Shown piece after piece: positions 21,009 to 31,686 of a stretch of DNA of 64,000 nucleotides. Source of the DNA: Candidatus Woesearchaeota archaeon (GTDB taxonomy: Archaea; Nanobdellota; Nanobdellia; Pacearchaeales; GW2011-AR1); assembly GCA_964412025.1 (NCBI GenBank), contig CAYPLY010000001.1, positions 4,797-68,796 of the forward strand, given 5' to 3'. The translations under genes and the position numbers were made by a program. Each line of letters starts with the position of its first letter. Position 1 is the stretch's first letter. Below the pieces are notes generated by a model. The model made no database searches. It saw only the letters and a list, made by a program, of their open reading frames with translations, and was not told where the DNA came from.

Positions 21009-21067
21009 TGCCAAGAGTCAGATTGGATTGTGCGTTAACACTTTATCCAGGCTGAACTACAGAGGCA
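21009..21067 (-). ncRNA. tRNA-5'-derived hairpin upstream of tRNA-Arg(TCT)
   Basis: UGCC..AG-U-UCAG..UGGAU..GUGU-UAAC-GCAC..AUCCA..CUGACU..GGCA; the 26 nt from 21066 are 21/26 identical to the tRNA 5' end. Confidence 0.6.
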
Positions 21068-21123
21068 TAGATTATAAATAAATTATTCATCCGACTATTT
21101 AAAAGGTTTTGTTTTAAAGATAA

Positions 21124-22026
21124 TTAAATCTCAAACTCATCGAGGTCTTCTGCAATAGAAACATTTTTGAAAGAGGTTTTTGCATCATATAAAAGCTCTT
21201 TTAATCTGTTATCATATCTTTGAGAGATATGGGTAAGTATCAGCTTTTTTGCTTTTGCATATTGGGCTATTTCTCCATCTTGTTTTGCAGTTAAATGCAT
21301 GTGTTCTTTAGCTTCTTTTTCATTTTCTGAACTAAAACTTGAATCGCATACTAAAAAATCTGCATTTTCCACAAATTTCTTAATTTTGAGGTTAAATAAT
21401 GTATCCAAGACAAATGAAACCTTTTTTCCTTCCTCTTTGTAAGTTAAGTCTTTTGCCTTGTATTTCTTATTATTATAGATAATATCTTTTCCTTCTTTTA
21501 TATTCTTTAAAAGCGGTCCTTCAGGTATCTTGTATTTTTTTAATTTAGATTTGTCTATTCTTATTTTCGATTTAATAACAAAATTATATGCATTTGTAGG
21601 TATCCCATGTTGCATGCTCTCTGCCTCTAAATAAAATTCTTCATTTTCATAAAACTTGCCCGAGACTTCTTCTATTCCTATTTTGAAATTATTTTTTAAA
21701 TTCTTTAGATCAATAAAATTTTCAATTATTTTTTTAGCTCCTTTTGGACAGTATATGTTCAGTTTTTTGTTATATCCACTGAAATTTAAAGTAGACAATA
21801 ATCCTGGGAGTCCAAAAGTATGATCTCCGTGGATATGTGTGATAAGTATCTTTGTAAGCTTGCATGGGTTTAATTTGGCTTTTCTGAATTGTCTTTGTGT
21901 TCCTTCTCCACAATCCACAAGAATATTTTCTTCTTTGTAACTTAAAAGGATTGAAGTATGATTTCTCTTAGCAGTAGGTATTTGTGCCGATGTTCCTAAG
22001 AAAATTATTTTTATCTTCGATGCCAT
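21124..22026 (-). CDS. rnz: Ribonuclease Z
   Basis: FLGTS..PT..RNH, DCGEGTQRQ, THIHGDH, HLTA, LTHISQRY. Confidence 0.96.
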   Translation of the reverse strand: MASKIKIIFLGTSAQIPTAKRNHTSILLSYKEENILVDCGEGTQRQFRKAKLNPCKLTKILITHIHGDHTFGLPGLLSTLNFSGYNKKLNIYCPKGAKKIIENFIDLKNLKNNFKIGIEEVSGKFYENEEFYLEAESMQHGIPTNAYNFVIKSKIRIDKSKLKKYKIPEGPLLKNIKEGKDIIYNNKKYKAKDLTYKEEGKKVSFVLDTLFNLKIKKFVENADFLVCDSSFSSENEKEAKEHMHLTAKQDGEIAQYAKAKKLILTHISQRYDNRLKELLYDAKTSFKNVSIAEDLDEFEI

Positions 22027-22260
22027 AAAATATAGAATGAAATAGGATTTTTATAGTTAGTGATTTGTTTCATTTAGCATAATTGAGTAATAAGTTATCT
22101 GTAATTTAACATTGTAATTGCTGAACAAGATTATAAGGATTAGCTGTTAATAGAAGATTTATTTTTTCTAAAGCTCACGCTAAGTTTAATACGCCGAGAA
22201 AAAGCCCAGCGAAAAATAAAGCAACGCTTAATTCTTTAATTTTTGAAGTTATTGAGGGAT

Positions 22261-22512
22261 TTATTCCTTCTTAAGTGCAGTTGAAGCAGGAGAGATATAT
22301 ATTATTGTATCTCCTCTAAGGAAAGTCAAACCAAGACTTTTTTTAAGTTCGCCTTCGTGCATTTCCTTAACGTTATCCAATACCAAATTGATATGGATAT
22401 CGAAAGCCAATAATGTACCCACAAAGTACTTATCGCCCTTCAAATGTACTAAAACTTCTTTACCTTTTGATGTGTTCAACAAATCCAAAGGTCTTTCAAT
22501 TCCATTAGCCAT
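22261..22512 (-). CDS. Sm-like (Lsm/SmAP) RNA-binding protein
   Basis: RPLDLL...GTLLAFDIHINLVL...FLRGDTIIYISP. Confidence 0.93.
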   Translation of the reverse strand: MANGIERPLDLLNTSKGKEVLVHLKGDKYFVGTLLAFDIHINLVLDNVKEMHEGELKKSLGLTFLRGDTIIYISPASTALKKE

Positions 22513-22609
22513 ATTCACAATATATTAAATTCGTTTTTAAACTTTTCTTATATTTTTTACAATAAATTTTTATAAAAAGGTTTATAAACAAAAAATCAAC
22601 TATGATAGT

Positions 22610-22975
22610 ATGAGATTAGGAAGAAAGATTACTGGAGGAAGGTATATTAAGAGTAGGAAGAAAAAGAAACATTCTCTTTCTGGTCAGAAGAAAACAGTGA
22701 AACTTTCTCCGATTGAAAAGAGAAAATCAACAAGAGTCAGAGGGGGAGATAAAAAAAATTATCTTCTTAGGGCTAAGTTTGTAAATATACAAGAAAAAGG
22801 AAAAAAATCTAAAAAAGTTGAGATAAAAAATGTTCTTGAAACCCCTTCAAATAAATTCTTGGCTAGGCAGAATGTTCTTACAAAAGGAACAATAGTTCAG
22901 ACTGAGGTGGGCAGAGTTAAGATAACCAACAGACCTTCTCAGGAAGGGATGATTAATGGGGTTTTGGTTGAATAA
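22610..22975 (+). CDS. rps8e: 30S ribosomal protein S8e
   Basis: RKITGGR, RVRGG, LTKGTIV, ITNRPSQEGMINGV. Confidence 0.95.
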   Translation: MRLGRKITGGRYIKSRKKKKHSLSGQKKTVKLSPIEKRKSTRVRGGDKKNYLLRAKFVNIQEKGKKSKKVEIKNVLETPSNKFLARQNVLTKGTIVQTEVGRVKITNRPSQEGMINGVLVE

Positions 22976-23096
22976 TTCTTCCAAAACGCTTAAAAACCCA
23001 GATATTTCTTCCTTGTAAAGTATACGAAAGCTTTATAAAGGGGAAAACTTTATAAACCATATTATTAAACCTTGAAATAGTAAAATATAATTCATT

Positions 23097-24032
23097 ATGG
23101 CCGGAATAAGAAAATGTCCTGAATGTGGGAGTATCAATTTAACTTACGATTCTCATCTTGGAGAGGTAATTTGTAATGATTGTGGTCTTGTTGTAGAAGA
23201 AAAGATGGTTGATACAGGGATGGACCTGTCTGGAAAGTTTGATAAAAGTGAAAAAAAGGGAAGAGGTGGAGCTCCAATTTCCATACAAAAATTTGATAAG
23301 GGTTTAACTACAAATGTTGGGGAGATTTCTGATATTTATAGGCTTGAGCCAAAGCAAACAAGAAAGTTTTTGAGATTGAAAAAATGGCAGGAGAGGGTTT
23401 CAACTTCAATTGAAAGAAATTTAAGACTTGCAATGGCAGAGTTAAGGGTTATTGCCTCTTATCTTAATTTGCCCAATGTTGTAAGAGATGAAGCTTCAAG
23501 GATATACAATTATGTTCTTCAAAGAGGGTTGGTAAGAGGACGAAGTATGGAATCTGTCATTGCTGCCTGTCTTTATGCTGCCTGTCGTTCTTATAATATT
23601 CCAAGAACGCTTGATGAGATGGCAACAGCTTCCGATGTTGAAAGAAAAGAAATAGGAAGGACTTATAGATTTATTATAAGGAAATTAGGAATAAAAGTAA
23701 ATCAATCTTCTCCAAAAGATTATGTATCAAGATTTTCTTCAGTGTTAAAATTAAGTCCAAAGACACAGAATGATGCTTTAAAGGTATTAAAACAAGCAGA
23801 AGATGTTGAGCTTACTTCCGGAAGAGGTCCCGCAGGAATTGCTGCAGCAGCACTCTACGTCGCTGCTTTGATGAATGATGAAAAGAAAACTCAGAGAGAG
23901 GTTGCAGATATTGCGGGGATAACTGAAGTTACAATAAGAAACAGATATAAAGAATTAATAGAAAAACTTAAACTTGAAGAAAAGATAAAACAGAAAGAAT
24001 CTGAATCTAAGAAAAAGAAACAACAGGATTAA
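23097..24032 (+). CDS. tfb: Transcription initiation factor IIB
   Basis: CPECGS..CNDCG zinc ribbon, ERNL, LVRGRS, PRTLDE, TQREVADIAGITEVTIRNRYKEL. Confidence 0.97.
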   Translation: MAGIRKCPECGSINLTYDSHLGEVICNDCGLVVEEKMVDTGMDLSGKFDKSEKKGRGGAPISIQKFDKGLTTNVGEISDIYRLEPKQTRKFLRLKKWQERVSTSIERNLRLAMAELRVIASYLNLPNVVRDEASRIYNYVLQRGLVRGRSMESVIAACLYAACRSYNIPRTLDEMATASDVERKEIGRTYRFIIRKLGIKVNQSSPKDYVSRFSSVLKLSPKTQNDALKVLKQAEDVELTSGRGPAGIAAAALYVAALMNDEKKTQREVADIAGITEVTIRNRYKELIEKLKLEEKIKQKESESKKKKQQD

Positions 24033-24170
24033 ATTTATTCTTTAAATAAAAATATTATTGTTCTATCCACCCTTAAATTTTGTTTGAATTATAAATTAAT
24101 AAATGGATGATTAATAACAAAATTTCTAAACCCTAAACCTTTTTATATGCATGATTTTTAAATTCCATAT

Positions 24171-24254
24171 GCGGGGGTGCCGGAGTGGTCAAACGGGTCA
24201 GATTTAGGCTCTGATAGCTCAGTGCTTACCTAGGTTCGAATCCTAGCCCTCGCA
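24171..24254 (+). tRNA. tRNA-Leu(TAG)
   Basis: GCGGGGG/CCCTCGC acceptor, TCAGA-TTTAGGC-TCTGA, long variable arm, CTAGG-TTCGAAT-CCTAG; TATA box 30 nt upstream. Confidence 0.95.
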
Positions 24255-24258
24255 TTTC

Positions 24259-27200
24259 TTAAATACACTTTGCTCTCCAAACATGAGTTATATACCAAGT
24301 AGTTCCAAATGGATTTGTGTATGTCTTTGAACTAATATCTACAGACTGCCCTCCATCATGAATAATTGTTATCCCTGGACTTGTTGATGCATAATTAGAG
24401 AAGATAGTTATGTGCTGATATTCTCTGTCATAACTTCCACTTCCCCCCCATATAATTAAATCCCCCTCTTTCAATCCGGTTTTCCATTCTGATTCTGGTA
24501 TCTCGGTGAAATCCGCTTTATCAAAAATATCTATTAGTTCCATTATAGCATCTCTATAAGGTATTGTATCGGATGTGCAGCTTTGAAATTGTGGGAGGGT
24601 ATCTGCTTCGATTAATACATTAGATACAAAAGTAGCGCAAACATTATCATAAACAATTGCTCCGTTTTCAACACGGGTTGTATCTTCTCCAAGCTTATTT
24701 TTTGCTATTGATAGTATTCTTTTGCCCGTTTGTGAATTATCACAACTTGAAGGAGCCTCCCCATTGTATAATCTAACTAATTCAAAATATTTCTCTTTAA
24801 CATTTCTAACATAGTTTGAGTCTCCGGTTGAACAGTCAGTATTCCATCCATTATATCCTCTTAAAGCATATTCCCATCCACTATACCTTTCAATAGGGTT
24901 AACACAAGTATAAATTTTACTTGAGGAACTATATGCTTCCTTTAATACTTGTGCTCCTATATTGATATTTAATTGTTCATTGGATAATAAAATAGATTTG
25001 CATTGGGTAATATCTGAGGGTAAACCTTTAGTTCCACAATGTATTGTGTTGATTTGCATTAATCCATTATCTCCCCCAGAAGTTACTGATCTACAAGATG
25101 ATTCTTGGACCATTATTGCAAGCAATAACAATTCATCCGGGATATTGCTACTGGCTGAACTAGCAGCACTTGTAATCCATTTAGCGTACTCATCACAATT
25201 TTCTCCACAAGAACATCTTAAATTAGTGTTTAAAACTCCCAGAGTAGACAATGCTTTCATTAAATTAGTCAGTTTTGTTAAATCTCTTCTTTGAAGCTGA
25301 GAATCAAGTGTATTTGTGTATGTTGTGGGAGTTTCTCCTTCTCCAAATGCTTCCGACATTTCTTGTATTTCTTCTGAGGAGTAATCAAACAGAATAGCAG
25401 CCCCCTTATATAAATCACTTTCTTTTAACATCGTTATAATATTTTTTTGCTCTTCGTTAAATCCAGGAGCAACATTTGACATACTTTGCCAAACACCTCC
25501 TCCCTCGAACATATCATCAATTTGCCAGAACCAATCTCCATTCTCATATTTGTAGTAAAGTTTTTTCATTGGTTCATAATCAACATCCTTAAATTTAACA
25601 GTGAATAGTCCTTCTTCATCTAGAGTCGTTGTTTCTAAAGTTTCATCCGAAAGTTCGGCGTTTTTATCTCCAATTATCTTGTTTATAAGTATTTTTAGTC
25701 CTCCAAGATAATCTCCATCTTTATCTTGTAGTGCAATTATAAGTTCTTCATTTTCTTCAGAAACATGATTTGTATATTCGGTTCCTAAACTATCTACATC
25801 ATACCATGGCACTGTTGTGCTACATGTAAATGCAAATTGCCATTTAGAGTTATAATATCTATAACACCTGTCATCTAACGTTAAAGGATTTTTATCATTG
25901 AAATGGAAATAGGGTGAAATATATTTTGCATTAAATTGTGCTTGAAGATTTTCGGGAGTGGAGGTTGTTGTCCCTCCTGTACTTGTTCCTGTAGATGTTC
26001 CTCCTGTTGTGGTTCCACTAACAATTGCTGCTTCCATTAAATTAACCGAATATTCTCCAATTGCAAGAGCAGAATATAACTGTCCTCTCATTAAAAATAA
26101 CTTTGCTTTTTGGTTGTTAAAGAATATTTTATCCCATAGTTCATCTATCATTTCTATTTTCTTTTTAACATATGTCTCATCTTTTATATCTTCTATAGCT
26201 TCCTTGAATTCTTTGGTTGTAAGATAATCTCCTTCATTGAACAGGACATTTTCATAGTTTGTTGCAGTTTGGCTTAGTATGTTATCTTCTATATTCAATG
26301 AGTGGACTATTTCTTTAACCTTATCTCTATCAAGCCAACACTTTACTTTTGTATCTCCACATACTCCCACAGGAGTCCATCTTGCTTCTTCTGGATCTTC
26401 CCATGATTCATCTGTTCCTTTTCCAGGATTGTCTGTTGCACACACTCTTATTATTCCGTTTTCGTATATCTTTGGGTCTAAAATTTCCTCTGCTGCGTTT
26501 TGAATATTAGGGTTTAACAAACTGTATAAACTTGCTGTTCCAGAAATACATTCCTCTTCTGTTTTTACCTGGGTTGTCGTTTGTTCTTGTATATATAATT
26601 CGCTCATGTAATTAACTGCAAAAGATGTTGAAACCTGCTCGAAATCACAGTTTTCTCTTCCGTTTACTGTAATGCATAAATATTTGAATCCGGATGGTGC
26701 TGTAAAGTCTGTACTGTTTGTTGCATATTCTCCTGCAGGAATATATCCTGATGCAACCTTTCTATCAAACATAGTATCTTGATAGTAAGAGCTTCCTGTT
26801 CCTTGTTTTAATGCAACCTGATAATAAACTCCAGTGTCCTTTCCTGCATATATATGGTATGAAACTTTATAATGGGAAGTAGGAGGGTTTGTTGCTGTGG
26901 TGTAGGGTATCTCCTGGAATTTTCCTGTGTATTGTGTTGGAGAGTCTGGGTCGGTTAAGCTATCAAGGAAATCTCCGCTTCCAGGGAAGATTACTGAAGG
27001 GAAGCTTTTGCAAACTTCAGCACCTACTTCATCTGTTGAACGTAGTTTGAATGCTTTCCAGGAGTTTTCAGCATAGAATCCTTTGAAAAATTCTATTGAA
27101 TCCTGGGCTTTTGAAAGTGCATCCTTTACCCCCAGATATTCTCCTCCTCCACGAGGGTTTTCTTTGAATATTGCACTTAATATCTTGGGTATGGTCAATT

Positions 27201-30200
27201 TTGCAAGAGGAAGGGCCTGTCTCCAGAAGAAATCACAAATATATATGCTATATACTTCATCACAAATTCCTACCGTTTCTCCAGTTTCTATATTTTGTTG
27301 AAGACAATCTCTGTAAGATTTTTGTACGCTTAAAAATCCATCCAATCCTGTTTGTACTCCTGATACACATATTGGAACAACTATTCCTTCTTTTGCATTA
27401 GGAAGACATAAAGCTATACTTCCTATTACTCCTGATTGTATAACATCCTGAACTGGATATGTTCCTCCCAAGTCGCATCTTGAGCTTGGACATACAACAG
27501 GATCACATACATTGAATAGTATTTGACATTCTTTAGGGGACATGAAATCCTGACATTGTACTGCAGGGGTTTGTACTGCAGGACTTCCAACATCATAGGA
27601 CACTCCTCCTATTCTAACTCTTCTTGCTCCACTTGCATATGCTCTTTGTGCTTCTTCAATTGATTGTCTTGCTTTTTCAACCATTGCAGAAGCTTCGTTT
27701 TCACTTAATCCTAAAACCTGATTTAATGCCTGTCCCGTTCTCAGGTTAATCATTTCACATTTATCATCTCTTGCCTCACTGAAAAAATCTTCCAACCCGT
27801 CCTGTCCAACATTACAAATCCAGAAAACTTCTATTCTTCCAGAATCGTCATAAGCCTTTAGAGTTTCAGAAGTAAGCATTGGTTTTGTTGCTGCATACCA
27901 TCCAGTTGCTTTATCAAGAGGAACTATTGCGGGATTTCCCTTATTTGGTTCTTCTTCATAGTATTTTAATTCAGCATTTTTATAGGTGTTTTTCAAGGAG
28001 TTTTTATCGTATCTTTGGAAGACTATATTGAAAGGGTTTTCCTGGACAACCCCCTCTTCTTTACCATTTTCTCGATACAAGGAAATTGTTTTTGTTGTTT
28101 CATCAATCTTGTAAGTTTGTTCCACTACCCCTTTATCTCCATCAAGTTTGTAAGTTAATAAGAATGTTCCAAATCCTCTTTCATCTTTTACAACATAAAC
28201 TGGTTTGTTTCTGTCTATTGAGGCACCAGTATAACCATTCTTAACATATTCTGTGTTTGCAAAAGTCTCTATATAGTAAACTGGAATTTCTGTTGTTTTT
28301 ATCCCTTTTAGGTTCCATACTCCGCTACTGGATAACCCACTTGTTTCTTTTAGAGAGATTTGAGAAGAATAAGTTTGGGAGTTAACCTGAACATCTCTTA
28401 GAACAGTATATAGTCTTTTTGTTGCTGTTTCTTTTAATTCATCACTGGAACTAGGATCGTTTAATATTTCAGAGTATAACCCTATTTCTTTAAGTTGGTC
28501 TGTGCTGTATACTCCTTCCTTAAATCCCCCCTCTGTAAGGATGTTGTTTATGTTTTGGAATTCAATTTTTTTTGTTTCTGATATTTCTTCGTTGTTTATT
28601 GCTTGTTGAATTGAACTTTCACTCAAAGTTTCTCGTGTTTTTTCAGAATAATCATTTATCCATCCTTCTTGGGTATTTGTTCCTTCTTCTGCTTTTTTTA
28701 TTCTTTGATTTTCAAATTGAATGTATTTGTAAGTTTCTTCAACTTGGGAATCTATTTCATCTGCATTTTTGTAAAAACAAGAATCTAGAGAAGGATATTC
28801 TCTCGGATTATCTCTGACTAGATTTTCACATTTTTCAGTCCATCCATTTTCTCCCTGCATTACTTTTTGCCTTGCAATGGATTTTCCTCCCATATTTGAG
28901 AGCATATTTTTGAATGTCAAGAAACCAGCTGTTCCAGTACATGCATATTTCCATACTTTAACAACTCCTGCTAAAGTGTTGGAGACTTTTTCTATGCTTT
29001 CTATTTGTTTGTTTAAGGTTTCAATTTTGCTTGCAGCTTTTTCAGGAGTTAGAGGGAAACTTCTTTTTTCAATTCCTACTTTGAAATTAAAATCTACCTC
29101 GCTATATTCAAAGTTCGTGTTTCCTCTTATTGCGACCTTTGCAGATTTTTCTAAGTTTATTTTCTTTAATGTGAAAACATATCCCCCGTATGGGAATGCT
29201 TTATCTATTTCAAGTTTCTTTGTGTCGCTTGCAAATCCTTTTTGCCAGGTGCTTTCATCAGCCACATAAATGTATACATCTGCAGATTCTGTTTCTAGAG
29301 AACTTAACATAATATATTCTTCTCTTTCAAGTTCATTTTCTCTAAATCCTTCCAGGTTTATCTTTTTGTCTTTTTCAAGTTCAAATGTTCTTGTTACCCC
29401 ATTTGGTCCTCTAACATAAAGCTCTACTCCATAATCTTCAAACTGAGGGTCATCTATTCCCAGAAGAGAAATTTCCTTAACTCTTCCATTAATTGAGACT
29501 TCCATTGTTGAAAGTGTATCGCTTGAGATTCTATAATCGTCCTCACAAATTGATAAAACAGTTGGATAAAGAGTAGACTCTTCATATCTTTCTTTAAATT
29601 CCTCACATAATTCCAATGCTGTTCTTTTTTTGTTTAATTTTATTGACAACGCAATTGCTTCATATAATGCTCTTTCTCCATACGTTTCAATAGAGCTCTC
29701 GGAATCTTTTTCTCCGGAGAAACTTGATCTAACAGTTTGGAAGTCATTCATTGCATTTTCGTAATATTGATTAAAAAGCTCATCAGGAGAATCGGTGTAT
29801 GTTGCTCTCTCAACAATAAGCTTGTTTTCTTTAGGGATTATTCTTGCTCCTATAATATGTTCGAAGAAATCGTCTAAGTTGGAAGGAGGATCGAAATTGC
29901 TATTTGTTGATAGAGTATAATTAGAAGGACAATTTAGATAATTATTGCATCCTGTTTCTGAATAAAAAGCTCCGTATTTTTTTAGAAGACTTGTTTTTGC
30001 AACTATATCGTCTGCACCCAATATAAGTATTGATTGTCCAAGGTCTGATTTTAATTCTTCAACAATTAAACCTGTCTTTTCATTTCCTTGTTTTATGGTG
30101 TATATAGTTCTTCCAAATAGTGAGAATATGGAAGTATCTCTTTCTAAGCTATATTCGTTTTCTTCTATTTTTAAAATCCCCTGGTCTGCTCCTTCTCCAA

Positions 30201-31686
30201 ATCCAACTATTGAGACTTCTTTTCCTTTAACGTCTTTGGGTAGGGAAACCCCTCCTGTTTTTGGATGCTCAAAAGGTATGAAGTAGAAATCTTCTCCAAC
30301 GACCGCCCACTTTCCTATAGTCATAGTAGCATGAGTAAATCCAGTTACTCCAGATACAATTGCATCATAAACTCCTGCTCCTGTTTTACCAGATTGTAAG
30401 GTGTTTGCGTATGAGTTTACAGAAGCAAGGTCGTTTGCATCGAGTCTTTCTTTGTGTTCCGGAGCAGCGAATAAATATACATATAAATCCTTGGATAATT
30501 CACTTCCGTCCCAAGAACCCACATATCCCAAATAAACTGATTTTTGCCCATCGGGAGTTTTGTATAACCAATCTCCCACCTCATACTCTCCTACTTCTCC
30601 ATCTATCTTCAGTTTAACTCTTGGAGATATTCCAAGAGATACTGTCTGAGGTTTATCTCCATTGCAATGTACTTTTACGCTTTGATAAAGTCCTTCTTTA
30701 TTTATGTCTTTTACATAACATTTATTATCAAGGAATTTTTCATTTTTTGCAACTTCAATGTAATCAGAACCTACCTTTAATTTTACTCTCGTATCTGGAT
30801 TAACTAAATCTTGTAATGTTACAGATAGTGTTGCAAGACAGGGGCTAAATCCGGGGAGATACAATTCATCGGATTTTTCTCCTTCATTTAAATGGAAGCT
30901 TGCATATTTTGATTTGCTGTAGGTTCTTCCTTCTCTTGAAAAAGTCCCAGAGCTTACTATTGTATCGTCGGAGTACATTACAATTTGGGCTCCTTCATTA
31001 TCTACAGATAATGCTCTTAGGTATCCTCTTCCTTCCCAAAAGCTGTATTGGATATACTTTTCATTCCATTCTTCATCACTCATTTCTTTAAGGTAAAAAT
31101 CTGTGTTTCCAACTCCAAATGCATTTTTTATGTCATATCTTACTTTTGCTGTAAGATTTCCCTGGACATATTCTGGCATTTGAGATTCGTTTGGTTGTTT
31201 TTTTATGGTTATTACAACATAACCTAAATCACTTAATATTGGGGAAGTTAACACCCCTTCTTGATTTGAAGTTCCAAGTGCAGCTTTAGAAGGGAAATAT
31301 CCAACACTTCTAACTTGCTCGGAAAGTTCTTGTTGTGAGGGAGCAAAGCTCAGATAATCTATTGCTTCTATTTCTATTAAGGGATTAATTTGAGTTGCTC
31401 CTAATTGGCAATAAACCTGAACATCTTGTTCTTCCAACAAATCGCTTCTTACAACGGCAGGAGTGCATCCAAAAGGAACTATTTGTATTAATAAGTCAGT
31501 TCCTCCTTCTTCACACATAGATTTATCAAACTGTAGGCTACTTCCACTTCCAAATGCTCCTATTCCTATTGTGTTTGAATATTGCATTCCGCTTGTTACT
31601 GCACGAGTATATGCTGAAACAGATGAAATTAGTATTAATCCTACAAGTAGTATTAGCATTCCAATTAAGTGTCTTTTATTTATCAT
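24259..31686 (-). CDS. 2475-aa exported protein with C-terminal lytic transglycosylase (SLT) and NlpC/P60-CHAP-like domains
   Basis: Signal peptide; Cys-rich core; LLAIMVQESS...GLMQIN...NINIGAQVL...ALRGYNG (SLT motifs); CATFVSNVL...LKEGDLIIW...HITIF (Cys-His papain-like amidase). Confidence 0.8.
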   Translation of the reverse strand: MINKRHLIGMLILLVGLILISSVSAYTRAVTSGMQYSNTIGIGAFGSGSSLQFDKSMCEEGGTDLLIQIVPFGCTPAVVRSDLLEEQDVQVYCQLGATQINPLIEIEAIDYLSFAPSQQELSEQVRSVGYFPSKAALGTSNQEGVLTSPILSDLGYVVITIKKQPNESQMPEYVQGNLTAKVRYDIKNAFGVGNTDFYLKEMSDEEWNEKYIQYSFWEGRGYLRALSVDNEGAQIVMYSDDTIVSSGTFSREGRTYSKSKYASFHLNEGEKSDELYLPGFSPCLATLSVTLQDLVNPDTRVKLKVGSDYIEVAKNEKFLDNKCYVKDINKEGLYQSVKVHCNGDKPQTVSLGISPRVKLKIDGEVGEYEVGDWLYKTPDGQKSVYLGYVGSWDGSELSKDLYVYLFAAPEHKERLDANDLASVNSYANTLQSGKTGAGVYDAIVSGVTGFTHATMTIGKWAVVGEDFYFIPFEHPKTGGVSLPKDVKGKEVSIVGFGEGADQGILKIEENEYSLERDTSIFSLFGRTIYTIKQGNEKTGLIVEELKSDLGQSILILGADDIVAKTSLLKKYGAFYSETGCNNYLNCPSNYTLSTNSNFDPPSNLDDFFEHIIGARIIPKENKLIVERATYTDSPDELFNQYYENAMNDFQTVRSSFSGEKDSESSIETYGERALYEAIALSIKLNKKRTALELCEEFKERYEESTLYPTVLSICEDDYRISSDTLSTMEVSINGRVKEISLLGIDDPQFEDYGVELYVRGPNGVTRTFELEKDKKINLEGFRENELEREEYIMLSSLETESADVYIYVADESTWQKGFASDTKKLEIDKAFPYGGYVFTLKKINLEKSAKVAIRGNTNFEYSEVDFNFKVGIEKRSFPLTPEKAASKIETLNKQIESIEKVSNTLAGVVKVWKYACTGTAGFLTFKNMLSNMGGKSIARQKVMQGENGWTEKCENLVRDNPREYPSLDSCFYKNADEIDSQVEETYKYIQFENQRIKKAEEGTNTQEGWINDYSEKTRETLSESSIQQAINNEEISETKKIEFQNINNILTEGGFKEGVYSTDQLKEIGLYSEILNDPSSSDELKETATKRLYTVLRDVQVNSQTYSSQISLKETSGLSSSGVWNLKGIKTTEIPVYYIETFANTEYVKNGYTGASIDRNKPVYVVKDERGFGTFLLTYKLDGDKGVVEQTYKIDETTKTISLYRENGKEEGVVQENPFNIVFQRYDKNSLKNTYKNAELKYYEEEPNKGNPAIVPLDKATGWYAATKPMLTSETLKAYDDSGRIEVFWICNVGQDGLEDFFSEARDDKCEMINLRTGQALNQVLGLSENEASAMVEKARQSIEEAQRAYASGARRVRIGGVSYDVGSPAVQTPAVQCQDFMSPKECQILFNVCDPVVCPSSRCDLGGTYPVQDVIQSGVIGSIALCLPNAKEGIVVPICVSGVQTGLDGFLSVQKSYRDCLQQNIETGETVGICDEVYSIYICDFFWRQALPLAKLTIPKILSAIFKENPRGGGEYLGVKDALSKAQDSIEFFKGFYAENSWKAFKLRSTDEVGAEVCKSFPSVIFPGSGDFLDSLTDPDSPTQYTGKFQEIPYTTATNPPTSHYKVSYHIYAGKDTGVYYQVALKQGTGSSYYQDTMFDRKVASGYIPAGEYATNSTDFTAPSGFKYLCITVNGRENCDFEQVSTSFAVNYMSELYIQEQTTTQVKTEEECISGTASLYSLLNPNIQNAAEEILDPKIYENGIIRVCATDNPGKGTDESWEDPEEARWTPVGVCGDTKVKCWLDRDKVKEIVHSLNIEDNILSQTATNYENVLFNEGDYLTTKEFKEAIEDIKDETYVKKKIEMIDELWDKIFFNNQKAKLFLMRGQLYSALAIGEYSVNLMEAAIVSGTTTGGTSTGTSTGGTTTSTPENLQAQFNAKYISPYFHFNDKNPLTLDDRCYRYYNSKWQFAFTCSTTVPWYDVDSLGTEYTNHVSEENEELIIALQDKDGDYLGGLKILINKIIGDKNAELSDETLETTTLDEEGLFTVKFKDVDYEPMKKLYYKYENGDWFWQIDDMFEGGGVWQSMSNVAPGFNEEQKNIITMLKESDLYKGAAILFDYSSEEIQEMSEAFGEGETPTTYTNTLDSQLQRRDLTKLTNLMKALSTLGVLNTNLRCSCGENCDEYAKWITSAASSASSNIPDELLLLAIMVQESSCRSVTSGGDNGLMQINTIHCGTKGLPSDITQCKSILLSNEQLNINIGAQVLKEAYSSSSKIYTCVNPIERYSGWEYALRGYNGWNTDCSTGDSNYVRNVKEKYFELVRLYNGEAPSSCDNSQTGKRILSIAKNKLGEDTTRVENGAIVYDNVCATFVSNVLIEADTLPQFQSCTSDTIPYRDAIMELIDIFDKADFTEIPESEWKTGLKEGDLIIWGGSGSYDREYQHITIFSNYASTSPGITIIHDGGQSVDISSKTYTNPFGTTWYITHVWRAKCI

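Noticed and set aside
21009..21067. Split-tRNA 5' half or integrase att site (also for 35461-35524)
   Set aside because: D-stem is broken, there is no 7-nt anticodon loop or trans-pairing trailer, no integrase or cargo is present, and the trailer pairs with its own 5' part.
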